A stretch of 63,552 nt of DNA, counting the filler, from Basidiobolus ranarum (lineage: Eukaryota): NCBI GenBank assembly GCA_040143965.1. It is 41 parts of 41 records of this genome, joined end to end, with 100 filler letters (N's around TTAATTAATTAA, not from the genome) between each part and the next. Parts side by side here need not be neighbours in the genome. Positions count along the whole stretch, not along the records: positions 38,876 to 40,326 come from JASJQH010012022.1; positions 40,427 to 41,877 come from JASJQH010012023.1; positions 41,978 to 43,428 come from JASJQH010012024.1; positions 43,529 to 44,978 come from JASJQH010012025.1; positions 45,079 to 46,528 come from JASJQH010012026.1; positions 46,629 to 48,077 come from JASJQH010012027.1; positions 48,178 to 49,626 come from JASJQH010012028.1; positions 49,727 to 51,175 come from JASJQH010012029.1; 33 more parts are not named here. One strand, given 5' to 3'. Below are positions 39,103-51,608 of the stretch, in pieces (position 1 is the stretch's first letter; every line of letters starts with the position of its first letter). Position numbers and translations under genes: made by a program. Under the pieces are notes generated by a model. The model worked only from the letters and a program-made list of their open reading frames with translations. It was not told where the DNA came from and searched no databases.

Positions 39103-40326
39103 CACCATGACAATCTAGCAGAGCAGAATATGTGTTGGACCATTAAGCCTACACAACAACCCAAAATTGGTTGGGCACATCAAAGTAGAAATCACATAGA
39201 AAACTGGCAAACCAAAAGATTCTGAATGTCAGAGCTACTGTCTCTTGCTCTGATGATGAGTGGTTTAACCTTCTTGAAGCTGTATGGAATCTTGCCCAAG
39301 ATTACCTTGATTTGAGCTAATCATGGAAAAACCAAAAATGAGGTGTTACTTTGAGAGTTCTTTACTTATTTCATGTTGGTCATCCCAGGTTTTTGCAAGC
39401 AAGTGGCATTTGGGCTAGTATAGGCCTATTCATGAAACATCTCAAAAATGTAAGCAATTGTCAATGTGGAAAAGAAAGAACAGCAGCCAAAGAAGTACTA
39501 AAGGAGCAGGAATTTGGTAAACTGAAGGGAAAAGCAAAGGAGCCAGTGAGTTTAAGCTCTACTGTCCCACTTAACTAATTCTTCACACCATCACAAAGAT
39601 CTCAATTTCCAGAGTCAGATATACTCGCAAAAAAAGCTCAATTTCACCATGGAACCAGGTACACCAGTAGGCAGAGTCCTAAATTCAGTGGTTTAACATT
39701 TTGGAAACTGTGTGAAATCTTGCCCAAAATCACTGGGACTCTACTGTCCCACTTACCAAATTTAACAGACCATTATGAAGATCTGCATTTCCAGAGTCAG
39801 ATATACTGGTAAAAAAGCTTAATTTCACCATGAAACCTGTTACACCGCTTGGAAGAGTGCTAAATTAGGAAGTTTATCCAACACCTGGCACCTCTCTACA
39901 AGCCACAACACCAGCAAATAAAACTCATGCTCTGCAACCTCAACTGGTACTTTTCATAGTGTTGGAACTAGCCCCAAACTTTAAGGCAAGCAAAAAGCCA
40001 CACAAACACTGCAAAGCACCCTCAGTAGTGTCACACTACAAGGATGTATAAAAGTAGTCCAAGAGCTTGAGGAGTATTTTCAAAAGTATGAAGGGAAAAA
40101 TGCAGTGCAAGTATGCTGAAAGTGGCTTCAGAAGAAGAACATTCAACTTGACATTCAGTCTGGTGTTGACCGTGCAGATATCTGGGAAGAACTTAATACA
40201 GAGTGGCACAATATTGCAGGGTATCCGCCAGATAGCTGGAAGAATGTTGATTCAGCAATGTTAATACAATGGTGGGCTTTGATGGAGATATTGATACAAA
40301 CCTGTGTTGGGTATGAGCTAAACCTT
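39103..40326 (+). mobile_element. CACTA second ORF, decayed copy with an internal duplication
   Basis: Overlaps 63256-63451 at its start and 17134-17310 at its end. Confidence 0.65.
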
Positions 40327-40556
40327 NNNNNNNNNNNNNNNNNNNNNNNNNNNNNNNNNNNNNNNNNNNNTTAATTAATTAANNNNNNNNNNNNNNNNNN
40401 NNNNNNNNNNNNNNNNNNNNNNNNNNGTTCAAGTAGGTAACTAAAAATAATTGCATTTCATGTCAACTAGTAGGGAACCAAGAATTGTGATTGATCATGG
40501 AAAGAGTTTTATTGGAAAAACGGCTAAGATAGTTAAATCTATGGATCAGAATTGGT

Positions 40557-41877
40557 TTATTCCTCATCTTCTTCAGCATCACCACCGCTGGCAGCCATTC
40601 TCTTTCTCTTGACACGGCCAGCACGACCACCACCATAGGGGGAGGTCAAGGCGAAGTCGATGTGCTTCTGGGATTCCAAACGAACAACGAAAGAAGGAAT
40701 GTCGACAACTTGTTTACCAACACGAATGTGTCTTTGCTTGATGAGGACACGGGCGTGGTGAATGGACTTGGCCAATCCAAGCTTGAATACTTGGGTTTGG
40801 AGTCTGCGCTCCAAGAAATCTTCAACCTTAAGACCTAAAACGTAATCAAGCTTGGCCTTGCTCTCATCCAAAACACCAATACGAATGAGGCGACGGATAA
40901 GGGCGTTACCTTCGAAGAGACGACGGGTATCCTTAACATCTAAGGTAAGGAGCTCACGAGCGGCACGACGAATGTTGGAAAGAGTATAACCAATTCTCCA
41001 AATTTCGCGCTTGTTACGAAGACCATACTCACCGATGATCTTCAACTCTTGATCCATACGTTCCTTCTCGAAAGGACGTCTAGGAACCTTGTAGGTTTTT
41101 GAGCCTATAGAAATTGAAAAGAAATTTCGGTAAAGTTTCTGTTGTAACTTTCCTTTAACTTTAAGCTAGACCTATTTATTCGTTCATGCCCAGAGAATAT
41201 GCTAGGTCTCTCTTCTTTAAAATAAACCGTATTTGAAAAATTACTAATAAAATTCTACTAATAAAACGTGAATTTTACCGATAAAAAAACGGCTTTTAAA
41301 GAATACAGTTTCTTGGGGGAGCCATTCTGTGCCGTTGTTAAATCTGACCAAGGGAAAAGATGGTTTCTTAAGCGAAGTCTTCTTTTTTAACCGACATTCT
41401 GACGAAAAAATCCGAACCCTCCCTAATTCAGTCCAATCAATCCAATCATCCCTCATAATTTCTACTTGATCGACCCCTGTTAGGATTAGTCCAGATTTTT
41501 TTTTTGCCCCGGAGCCGAGGAAATAAAGGGTAGTTCGAAGTCAGGAAACATCCTTTTCTCTTTCACGAGTCCCGTGGGAAACTCCTGTAAGTATACGCAT
41601 GTTTTACAAGATACGAACAATGTCACCAATGAACATGGTCGAAACCGATTGAATCTTTCGGAAGACCAACGTTCTGAATTTATTGGACAATCTAAGCAAT
41701 TTAGGGTTAGGTTAAATCCTCACATACATGTACTAATGTTACGTTGGATTAATGTTATTATTAGTAAGCAAACATGCCTCACTCATTCGGTTATCGTGCT
41801 CGTACCCGTCACTTGTTTTCCCAAAAATTCCGTGAACATGGTTCCATTAAGCTTTCGACTTACTTAAAGACTTACCG
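40557..41877 (-). CDS. RPS9: 40S ribosomal protein S9 (uS4): main exon 41104-40557, probable intron 41875-41105, first exon cut off by the contig end
   Basis: [36 protein letters not shown]...[31 protein letters not shown]; acceptor CTATAG; donor CG/GTAAGT. Confidence 0.97.
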
Positions 41878-41977
41878 NNNNNNNNNNNNNNNNNNNNNNN
41901 NNNNNNNNNNNNNNNNNNNNNTTAATTAATTAANNNNNNNNNNNNNNNNNNNNNNNNNNNNNNNNNNNNNNNNNNNN

Positions 41978-43428
41978 ACATATCTGTTTTTTACTGTGAC
42001 TGATTTCAGGGCACTGTAGTCCACACACATCATTAAAGAAACATCTTTCTTGGGGACAAAGAGTATGGGGGATCCCCATGGACACTTATTAGGTCTGATG
42101 AATGCCTTATTTAGTAGTTCTTACATTTTGTCCTTCAAAGTATGTAACTCCTTGGGGCTCAACAAGTAGATAAATCTGGCAACAGGTGTAGTATCAAAGG
42201 TCTCTATTTTAGGGTCAGCATCTCTGTGAAGGGGAAGTATTGGGAAATCTCAGTGAGGGTGGGAATGACATGGATTGTGATTAGAAAGTTGTTGAAGTTT
42301 ATTGTGTTCATCTTATCTTTTATCATTATCTTTATTCACCTAACTATTTCATATATCACACTTATGTCAGTTAACATTATTTAGTCAAATATCACCCAGC
42401 TGAAATTTAGAACATATATTTTATATATGTGAATTATCTGAGAATTAGTAACTCTATAATGGAAATTTCAAACTTGTCTAAATTGCCACTAAGATAGCTC
42501 ATTTTACTCCCACAGATGTTCTGAACATAACTACAGGGTTATTTTATGTATTTCTACCAAAATGTATAAATGCTTTATTTCTAGACAATAAATCAATGTC
42601 TTTCAAGCCAATCACAACTCTATTTTTCTATAGTTCCTGCAAACAGCCCATATTTTTCCAATCAAGGTGTGGTTTTCACTTGTTGGTATAGTAGTTGAAG
42701 CTTTAGTATTTATATTTATTATAAGTCCCAAAACTTGATACTGTATTGTGGTAGAAAAAATGTCAAGATACTGTGTACAAAGCTTTTGGGCCTTAGGACA
42801 GCTTTGAAATTGCTAATAAATTTCAACATCCTAAATATCATTAATCAGAAGCAATTAAAAACAAAATGATTTCTCCCAAAATTTGATGACTGACTTAACT
42901 ATATATGAGGTAATAGGTGTATATTCAAACAGGAAAGCTTTCCAGTTCCTTTTCAAAGACTTCAGGGAACTGATCCTGGAGTTATTTAATATAATAGGGT
43001 TTATGATGTTCTTCTGTATCCTGCAATAAAGCAATGTTATTAGAACTTCCAGGTTTAACATCTCTGGCAAAGTCAGATAGAGTAGATATACACTGACATA
43101 TAGATCCACTTAGTTTGCTTAGTACTCCTCCAGTAGAATATGATATATATGTCTGGGTGTGGGCCATCATGGCAGTCTGGTTGGTCCTCTGGTCATTTAC
43201 CAGCTTATGCCTCCACAACCAAGGCTTACCAAATAGAATGTCAAAATTTGCATTTGGGAATATCAAAGGCTTCAGCTGCTCTTTCAATGTCCCAAGAGTG
43301 ATAGATATATCTGTATATTGCCTATTGATGCTTATTGAGTGTTGATTAGCAATAGATGTTGGTTAGGCATAATGCCTACTGTAGTGGGCTGGAGCATGTC
43401 CACAACTTTAGATCTACAATCTCTAGCA
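41978..43428 (-). mobile_element. Ty3/Gypsy protease-RT fragment with a solo LTR-A inserted at 42290-42663
   Basis: [34 protein letters not shown] flanks AAAGT / AAGGT. Confidence 0.85.
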
Positions 43429-43528
43429 NNNNNNNNNNNNNNNNNNNNNNNNNNNNNNNNNNNNNNNNNNNNTTAATTAATTAANNNNNNNNNNNNNNNN
43501 NNNNNNNNNNNNNNNNNNNNNNNNNNNN

Positions 43529-44890
43529 GCTATTTTCCAAGTGTCAGTGCTATTCAAAATTTCAGATGTTTAGCAATTTTTCCACCATTAGTTTGCTAGT
43601 AAAGCATATTGATGTTGTTGATTAATATCTAATCGGTTAAATATGTGCATATGTAGAGACTAAACACAACAAGATTCTTGCATTTTTTATTCTCATTATG
43701 GCTAGAATACAAAGCCTAAAATATCTAAATAAAGGCATACATATTAATTCAAATTCCTACAGCAGTAAACGCAGTAATTTGTCATTCAAAAATTATATTT
43801 TTGCAAAAATTGCTGGATATTGAATAACGCATGCCAAATTTGAGGATTAATATTTTAACATGTATGAATACTGTCAAGATACTCTCAAGAAACCGCCATT
43901 GCACCATCAAAATCCCTGGCAGAATGCAAGCCAACAATATTGTGACCATTGTCTGATGGTTTTGCTATTTTAGAGGGTGGATCTGATCGGGATCAAATTG
44001 ATTTTATTTTTGTTAGGGTTTCACCATCAAGCTTTTCTACACTTGAGTTAATAAAAGTGGTAGTAGTGGCTTCTGTCATGCTGTAAAGGTTAGAACATGC
44101 GGCTCATAACCTATTGTAAAAATATGGGCTGTTTGGAGGAACTTTAAAAATGTGGAGTTGTGAATAGCTTTGTGAGATAAATTATTTATTGTCCAGAAAT
44201 AACGCATTTATACATTTTGGTGGAAATACAGAGAACTAACGCTGGGTTGTGTTCAGAACATCTGTGGGAGTAAAATGAGCTATCTTTGGGGCAATTTGGA
44301 CAAGTTTGAAAATTCCTATGTGGAATTGCTAATTTGCACAGCATTCACACATATATATAATATATGTTCCAATTTTCAGCTAAGTGATATTTGGCTAAAT
44401 AATGTCAACTAACTTATATGTGATATATGAAATAGTTAGGTGTATAAAGATAGAGATAACAAATATGATAGAGACAATAAACTTCAACAGACCTAAATCA
44501 CCAGTGCTTGTAGATAGCTGCTTGGATCCTCTGATTGTGGAATTTGAATGGTTATCTTATGGGGTTCAGATGGGTGAATATTTTATTAATTCTAATATCA
44601 TTGTATGTATTGGTGACACTCCTGCCATCATTAAACTTGGAGGTTTTTGCAGGCACAATTCACTATCTTGCAATAGATTTTGTCAAATGAATGGAGTCTA
44701 CTTTATCAGACATACACATTACTACTATCCAAATACAAAACTAAGCTCCATGATTTTACCATCAAGAGCCTGGTCAGATTTAACATGATTACTAATATCA
44801 ATTCACCAAATAGTCAGTCTAACATCAAACTTGGTATTAGCCGTAAGCCTAAGATTATATTGCTAAAGGGGATCAGCTGGAGCCAGAGAC
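43529..44890. mobile_element. Nest: CACTA end 2 (to 44018) inside Copia gag, PBS and LTR-A (44112-44489, -), inside CACTA transposase (44490 onward, +)
   Basis: TTTTTGTTAGGG junction; reverse PBS; transposase resumes at PKSPVLVDSCLDPL. Confidence 0.85.
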
Positions 44891-45078
44891 ATTGAATATA
44901 AGCCTTCCAGTTCCTCCATTTGATAAGGTTATATGGTCTTCGGCAAGTCCAAATACAAATATGTAGCAAAACATCTAGNNNNNNNNNNNNNNNNNNNNNN
45001 NNNNNNNNNNNNNNNNNNNNNNTTAATTAATTAANNNNNNNNNNNNNNNNNNNNNNNNNNNNNNNNNNNNNNNNNNNN

Positions 45079-45355
45079 TCCCCCTGTCACCACCTCCACT
45101 GCTCAGGCTACCTCCTCTGTGACTAGTAAGACTTCTTCCACCGTTGCTACTGGATCTACCAGCACTGCCTCCGTGACTCCAACCTCCGTTCCCGGTATTT
45201 GTAATGGGGTTGCTGAATGGGTTTCTGCCACTGCCTATAATAGCGCTCAGAAGGTTACCTACAAGGGACACTTGTGGCAAGCCAAGTGGTGGACTCAAAA
45301 TGATACCCCAGGAAGCAATAGTCAATCTGTATGGAATGACATTGGCGCTTGCTAA
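45079..45355 (+). CDS. 3' end of a GH18 chitinase paralogue: Ser/Thr linker plus CBM5/12 (ChtBD3-type) domain
   Basis: CNGVAEWVSATAYNSAQKVTYKGHLWQAKWWTQNDTPG..VWNDIGAC*. The linker end PTSVPGICNG is shared with the chitinase at 54372. Confidence 0.88.
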
Positions 45356-46074
45356 TTACCAACAACATGTATTAATTCTAAAGAGTTTTTTAACTAAAAT
45401 ACCTCGATCTAGCTGTTGCTATCTTACTAAAATATGAACTTCAATCGATAACAGCAATTGAAAAAAAAACATATTGACTATCACTGGCAAAGATAGATGC
45501 TATAGTGAATCGCAAATTGGCATATGATTGAGATTTCTTCCATCAAGTTCCTAGTCACGAATTGTATCATGCTGAATTTCTAGTAATAAAATATTGTAGT
45601 GATCGACCTTGTGAAAACTATATTTGGAAACATTTACATTTTTTAGTGATTACGAATAAGACTAATACAATGTGGCACAAAGTTAAAGATTGCATTTATT
45701 GATCATTTGACCCTTTAACCGGAACCAACACTGGGACTGAATGAAGTTACTAGCTACGACAGTGTCATTGTTTGTTCAGTCGTAGGAGGCATTCACTCAT
45801 ATACTCGGGAATAGTATTGGTCGCACGAACCGAATAGCACGAGTTGCGATGCGTAAAAACTCGACTAATGATCCCACCTTAACCTGCTTAGGATGTTACA
45901 ACAGTTATTAACCTCAACCTTATCAGGAAATATTCCCTAGCATCTATATTCTCCAAATGGTCGTAATAAGTCTAAAAGGAGTGAAAGCAGAATATACATT
46001 GCTCGATGGTTGACTATAAGAACCGTCGTAAACTTCGTAGAAAACACACAACTAGATACTTGAACAGGCGCGCA

Positions 46075-46528
46075 ATGAAGTTGAATATCTTCCTGATCTC
46101 TACGCTTTCCACTACTCTCTTGTTTGCCCCTTTAGGTAGCTTAGCAGCAGATGACAAGGTAGTCGTCGGTTACTATGTGCCATGGGGTAAAGTTGAACCG
46201 GAACAGTTAAGCCTGGATAAGGTGACTCACATCAACTATGGTAGATTCTATCTTTCTATTACTGCCTGGTATATACTCGGTACATGTAGCTAACAGTAAC
46301 TTCTTTCATTTAGGATTCGGAGTACTAACGAAGAAAACTGCTGACCCTGCTGAAATTACCATTGATAGATACTATGATGGTAACAGAATCCGTAAACTCA
46401 AACAAGTAGCCAGTGCCAAAGGTGTGAAGACTCTGATCTCATTAGGTGGCTGGACAGGTAGTCAGACCTTTTCCACCGTCGTACGTGACGCTGCTCTACG
46501 CAAGAAGTTCATCAACAATGCTCTTGTA
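46075..46528 (+). CDS. 5' end of a secreted GH18 chitinase (exons 46075-46240 and 46314-46528+)
   Basis: Signal peptide, VVVGYYVPW, VTHINYGFG, KTLISLGGWTGS; 73-nt GT..GCTAAC..TAG intron. Confidence 0.93.
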
Positions 46529-46800
46529 NNNNNNNNNNNNNNNNNNNNNNNNNNNNNNNNNNNNNNNNNNNNTTAATTAATTAANNNNNNNNNNNNNNNN
46601 NNNNNNNNNNNNNNNNNNNNNNNNNNNNCAATTGGATCTCCTGGTTTGGGATAAAGGTACTACAACTTCTGGCATTGTATTAGGCACTTCAGTAGGCAAA
46701 ATTTTGGTTGAAGGGTCAACAGGAATGCTATTTTCTTCATTGTTGTGTTTTGAATCAAATTGAATAATTGGATAAGAAGAAAATTCATTTCTGTCATCAT

Positions 46801-48077
46801 CCATAACAGAAATTTGATGATTGTAATTGTAGGAAAACCATCACAATTTTATTCCATTTCGGATTAACCATTTACTTACCGTCATAAAATTGTCAAGTTA
46901 GATTTGATTTTAATCAATTTTTTCTGTTTCAGGAGTGATTTCAAGATCTTGCAAAATAGTTGCGCATGATGGCTACAATCTCAGAGAACTATGGATCAAC
47001 ACATGTGCAAAAAATGTAACTCAAATTTACACAATTACCACTTGAATGCTAATTTGTCACCTTCAAAATCCTTAGTCTCTTTGATATATTCTCCTGAATA
47101 TTTCAATGGAGTTTTTCATACCCAAGATTTAGCTCATACCCAACATGAGTTTGTATTTATATCTCCATCAAAGCCCACCATTGTATTAATGTAGCAAAAT
47201 CAACATTCTTCCAGCTATCTGGCAGATACCCTGCAATATTGTGCCACTCTGTATTAAGCTCTTCCCAGATATCTGCATGGTCAATACCAAAATGAATGTT
47301 AAGTTGAATGTTGTTCTTCTGAAGCCACTTTCTGCATATTTGCACTGTGTTTTTCCCTTCATACTTTTAAAAAATCTCCTCAAGCACTTTGACTATTTTT
47401 GTATATCCTTGTAAGTTCTGCCCAGATATCAGCATGGTCAACACCACACTAAATGTGGAGTTGAATGTTCTTCTTCTGAAGCCACTTCCTGCATACTTGC
47501 ACTGAGTTTCTCCCTTTATATTTTTGAAAATACTCCTCAAGCACTTTGACTATTCTTTGTATGTTCTTGCAGTGTGACACTATTGAGGGTGCTTGCTGGT
47601 ATTTGTGTGGCTTTTTGCTTGCCTTTACCTTGGGGCCAACTTTTGCACTTTGAAAAGTACCAGTTGAGGTTGGAGAGCCGTGAGTTTTATTTGCTGGTGT
47701 TTTGGCTTGTTGAGAGGTGCCAGGTGTTGGATAAACTTCCAAATTTAGCACTCTTCCAACTGGTGTACCCGGTTCCATGGTGAAATTAAGCTTTTTTGCC
47801 AGTATATCTGACTCTGGAATTGCAGATCTTTGTAATGGTGTGAAGAATTCGGTAAGTGGGACAGTAGAGCCTAAACTCACTGGCTCCTTTGCTTTTCCCT
47901 TGGGTTTACTAACTTCCTGCTCCTTCAGTACTTCTTTAGCTGCTTTTCTTTCTTTTCCAAGTCAATAATTGTGTACATTTTTGAGATGTTTCATGAATAG
48001 GCCTATACTAGCCCAATTGCCATTTGCTTGCAAAAACCCAGGATAAGCCACATGAAATAAGTCAAGAACCTTCAGAG
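46801..48077 (-). mobile_element. CACTA end 1 plus second ORF, inserted in Copia
   Basis: CCATAACAGAAAT start, contiguous with ORFs 47157-47880. Confidence 0.75.
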
Positions 48078-48177
48078 NNNNNNNNNNNNNNNNNNNNNNN
48101 NNNNNNNNNNNNNNNNNNNNNTTAATTAATTAANNNNNNNNNNNNNNNNNNNNNNNNNNNNNNNNNNNNNNNNNNNN

Positions 48178-48742
48178 GCTATCATCAGGTGCAGTGACAC
48201 ATGAGACAACCATTATGACACTCATGTCCACTGCTCATCAAGAAGAAATAGCCTTTGATATCATTTCTTTACCTCACCACCCAGTCATCCTTGGTATCTC
48301 ATGGCTCATGCGGCACAACCCAGTAATCCATTGGAAGAAGAAGATTATGATGTTCAAGCAAACTCCACCTCATAGTCCATATTTGCCAACCTGCAAAGTA
48401 TCCAACTCATCACTGGCCCAACTCTTAAAAGCATCTATGAAGACAATATCTGCTGACATTATAGCTGATGAGCAGAAACCAACAAAACATATAGTTCACA
48501 AGCTCCCACCCAAATACCAAGCCTTTGCTGATGTCTTTGACAAAAAGAAATCTGATATACTCCCAGCTCAGTACCCATATGATTGCCCTATAGATCTACA
48601 GAAAGGAAAACAACCTTCATGTGGGCCTATACATGGGCTGACCCAGCCAGAACTCAACATTCTGAAAGAGTACATTGCAGAATATCTGGATAAATGAATT
48701 ATTCAACATTCAAAGGCCCTGGCAGGCTCTCCAATCTTATTT
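48178..48742 (+). mobile_element. Ty3/Gypsy protease-RT fragment
   Basis: PVILGISWLMRHNPVIHW, YQAFADVF, YDCPIDL, LKEYIAEYL. Confidence 0.9.
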
Positions 48743-48818
48743 CCCTAATAGAAATTTGAGGATTGTTATTGTAGGAAAACCGTCACAATTTTAATCCATT
48801 TGGGATTGACTGTTTATT

Positions 48819-49166
48819 TGTTAAAGTATTTTGGAGCCTGTCGGAAGTGGTTTGGAGAATTAGAGGAATTGGTGGTTCTCACCCATTGAGTTATTCAGTA
48901 GAAAGTTGACATTTATAGTTTTGTCAAGATGTAAACAAACTGACATGTAGATTATGTTAAGGAAGGTCCCAGGGATATGTGTTTAAAGTGTGAGGCTTCT
49001 AGCACAAGTTTGAAAAATCTATATATCTGAGAACTTCTAAGTTGGTAAAAATATCACTAATAAGTTCCGATTGAGAATAATTGATAATATCTTGGTGAAT
49101 TATAAGATAACTAAGTACTAAGCTATTTATGACTATATAGGTGTTTAGGCAATGCTAATTTCAACA
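48819..49166 (-). repeat. Solo LTR family B (348 bp) inside CACTA end 1 (which starts at 48743)
   Basis: TGTT..AACA termini; flanks TTATT / TTACT; empty site at about 29452-29464. Confidence 0.88.
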
Positions 49167-50129
49167 TTACTTACCGTCATAAAATTGTCAAGTTAGATTT
49201 TATTTTGATCAATTTTTTCAGTTTTGGGAGTGAAATTTCAAGATCCTGCAAAATAGTTACAAATGATTGGCTAAAATCTCAGAGAACTATGGATCAACTC
49301 ATGTGCAAAAAATGTAACTCAAATTTTACACAATTACCACTTGAATGCAAATTTGTCATCTCCAAAATCCCTAGTCTCTTTGATATATTCTCCTCAATAT
49401 TTTTATAGAGTTCTTTGTAACCAATGTTTAGCTCATACCCAACACAAGTTAGTGTCAATATCTCCATCAATGGCCACCATTGTATTAATGTTGCTGAATC
49501 AACATTCTTCCAGCTATCTGGTGGATACCCTGCAATATTGTACCACTCTGTATCAAGTTCTTCCCTTATTGATTTATTGAGTAGAAAGTTGACATTTATA
49601 GTTTTGTCAAGATGTAAACAAACTAANNNNNNNNNNNNNNNNNNNNNNNNNNNNNNNNNNNNNNNNNNNNTTAATTAATTAANNNNNNNNNNNNNNNNNN
49701 NNNNNNNNNNNNNNNNNNNNNNNNNNTACTATGTTTCACCCTGTAATATCGATATAAGCTCCCTGTTATCCTTAATCAGATCTTCGGCTGATCAATGCCA
49801 GTTATCAATAAAGATTCTTGCCAAAGTCTCTTTCCTGTCTAGTCTTGTCTTGTCTTGCCTTGTGATCTACATCCAAGTACCCTCGTGCATTCTAGCCTCT
49901 TGTCTCAGTTTCCAGTCCTTGTCCAGTTCCTTATTGTGACAGTTTGATCAGACTACTTACACTAGCCAGTAGATCTCTCTCTATCCTTGTTCTCCAACCT
50001 TGAAACCTCCTGATGTTGGCTTCCCTCTTGTTACCCATCTTTCCCAAGTTTCCCTGCAAAGGCAAAGATACCTTCAACCTTTTATAATTGCTCTAAGTGC
50101 ATCCTTGTCAAGACACTACTGATTACATT

Positions 50130-50916
50130 TATTGGGAAAACATGGGCTGTTTGGAGGAACTTTAGCAAAGTGGAGTTGTGAATAGCTTTTGTGACATAAT
50201 TATTAATTGTCCAGAAATGAAGCAATTATACATTTTGGTGGAAATACAGAAAACTAACACCGTGGTTGTGTTCAGAACATTTGTGGGAGTAAAATGAGCT
50301 ATCTTTGGGGCAATTTCAATGAGTTTAAATTTCCAATATGGAATTGCTAATTTTCACATTATTTACATGTATATACAATATATGTTCCAATTTTCAGCCA
50401 AGTGATATTTGAATAAGTAATCTTAACTAACTTATATGTGATATATGAATTAGTAAGGTGTTTAAGATAGAGATAACAAATATGATGAAGACAATAAACT
50501 TTAACACTCCTACTCAACTATATATTAATACATCTTATTCTTAACTCAAATCTTAATTCTTCAAATTTTGACTTGGGTAATGGTTTGGTAAGGATGTCAG
50601 CAATCTTGTCCCCAGTTACACTGTACTCTAATTGGACATGCTTATTCTCAATAGCTTCCCTAACAAAGTGGTATTGAATGTCAACATGCTTACTTCTAGC
50701 ATGAAATTTGGGATTTTTAGCTAAAGAAATACAACTTTGATTATCCTTGAAAATTGCAGGGGGTGAACTTTGAAAAATGCTCAAGTCTTTGAGCAATTTC
50801 CTTAACCACATAGCCTTCTTTGTTGTATGTGATGCTGCCATGTACTCTGCTTCAGCAGTTGAAAGTGCTATGGTGGGTTGTTACTTGTTATTCCAAGATT
50901 TGGCTGCTTCACTATA
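50130..50916 (-). mobile_element. Copia family A RNase H and 3' LTR (50130-50506)
   Basis: ORF 50518-50841; purine tract then LTR. Confidence 0.9.
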
Positions 50917-51175
50917 CACTATGAGAAATATGGGAATGAATAACAGGGGAAAACCAGAGAAAAAACAAATATAGGGGTTTAAATACCATAAGAAAATGGG
51001 AGAAAAAGAAGACTGGTAGAGAAACCATGAGAAAATTATTGCAATACCAGCATGATACCTTTATCTGGGTGCGTGGGGGGTTAGTAATGAAATTAGAATT
51101 AAGTCTACTAATAATAGGGGTAGGTTTATTATTCAAAATAGCAGCTGCTCCATTCCATAATTGGGCTCCTGATGT
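50917..51175 (+). pseudogene. nad2: Mitochondrial nad2-like fragment (candidate NUMT)
   Basis: [25 protein letters not shown] at 51093-51175 matches the conserved ND2 motif. A/G-skewed composition. Confidence 0.8.
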
Positions 51176-51608
51176 NNNNNNNNNNNNNNNNNNNNNNNNN
51201 NNNNNNNNNNNNNNNNNNNTTAATTAATTAANNNNNNNNNNNNNNNNNNNNNNNNNNNNNNNNNNNNNNNNNNNNATAAGCATAATCACTTTACAAAGCC
51301 TCCAGCTGCACAAAGCCTGGTTAAGATCAATAGTTATAAGTGCACAAAATTGACTTTAGTTTTGCCCACTGATTCAACTGGCAAATTCTTTGCCTCAACG
51401 TTTTGGTAAAACTACTGAAAGTCAAGATTGGTAAAAGTGCTTAGGGGATCTGGAAGTGATTTGGACAAGATTTGGATTTGTGAATTAGACACTTACACTT
51501 TGTGGAATTGAATATTTCCTATTTATAGTTTACTATCAAATAGGATCATTGAATATGCTTAGATCATAACAAACATGCTTGTTAAGCATGGGTGATAATT
51601 TGAGGCAA

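Noticed and set aside
44402-44788. Novel fusion protein
   Set aside because: Chance read-through from an antisense LTR into a transposase remnant. The same applies to ORFs at 13229 and 62477.
46006-46074. Upstream ATG extension of the chitinase
   Set aside because: The ATG at 46075 starts a proper signal peptide, and the extension overlaps a TATA-like motif.
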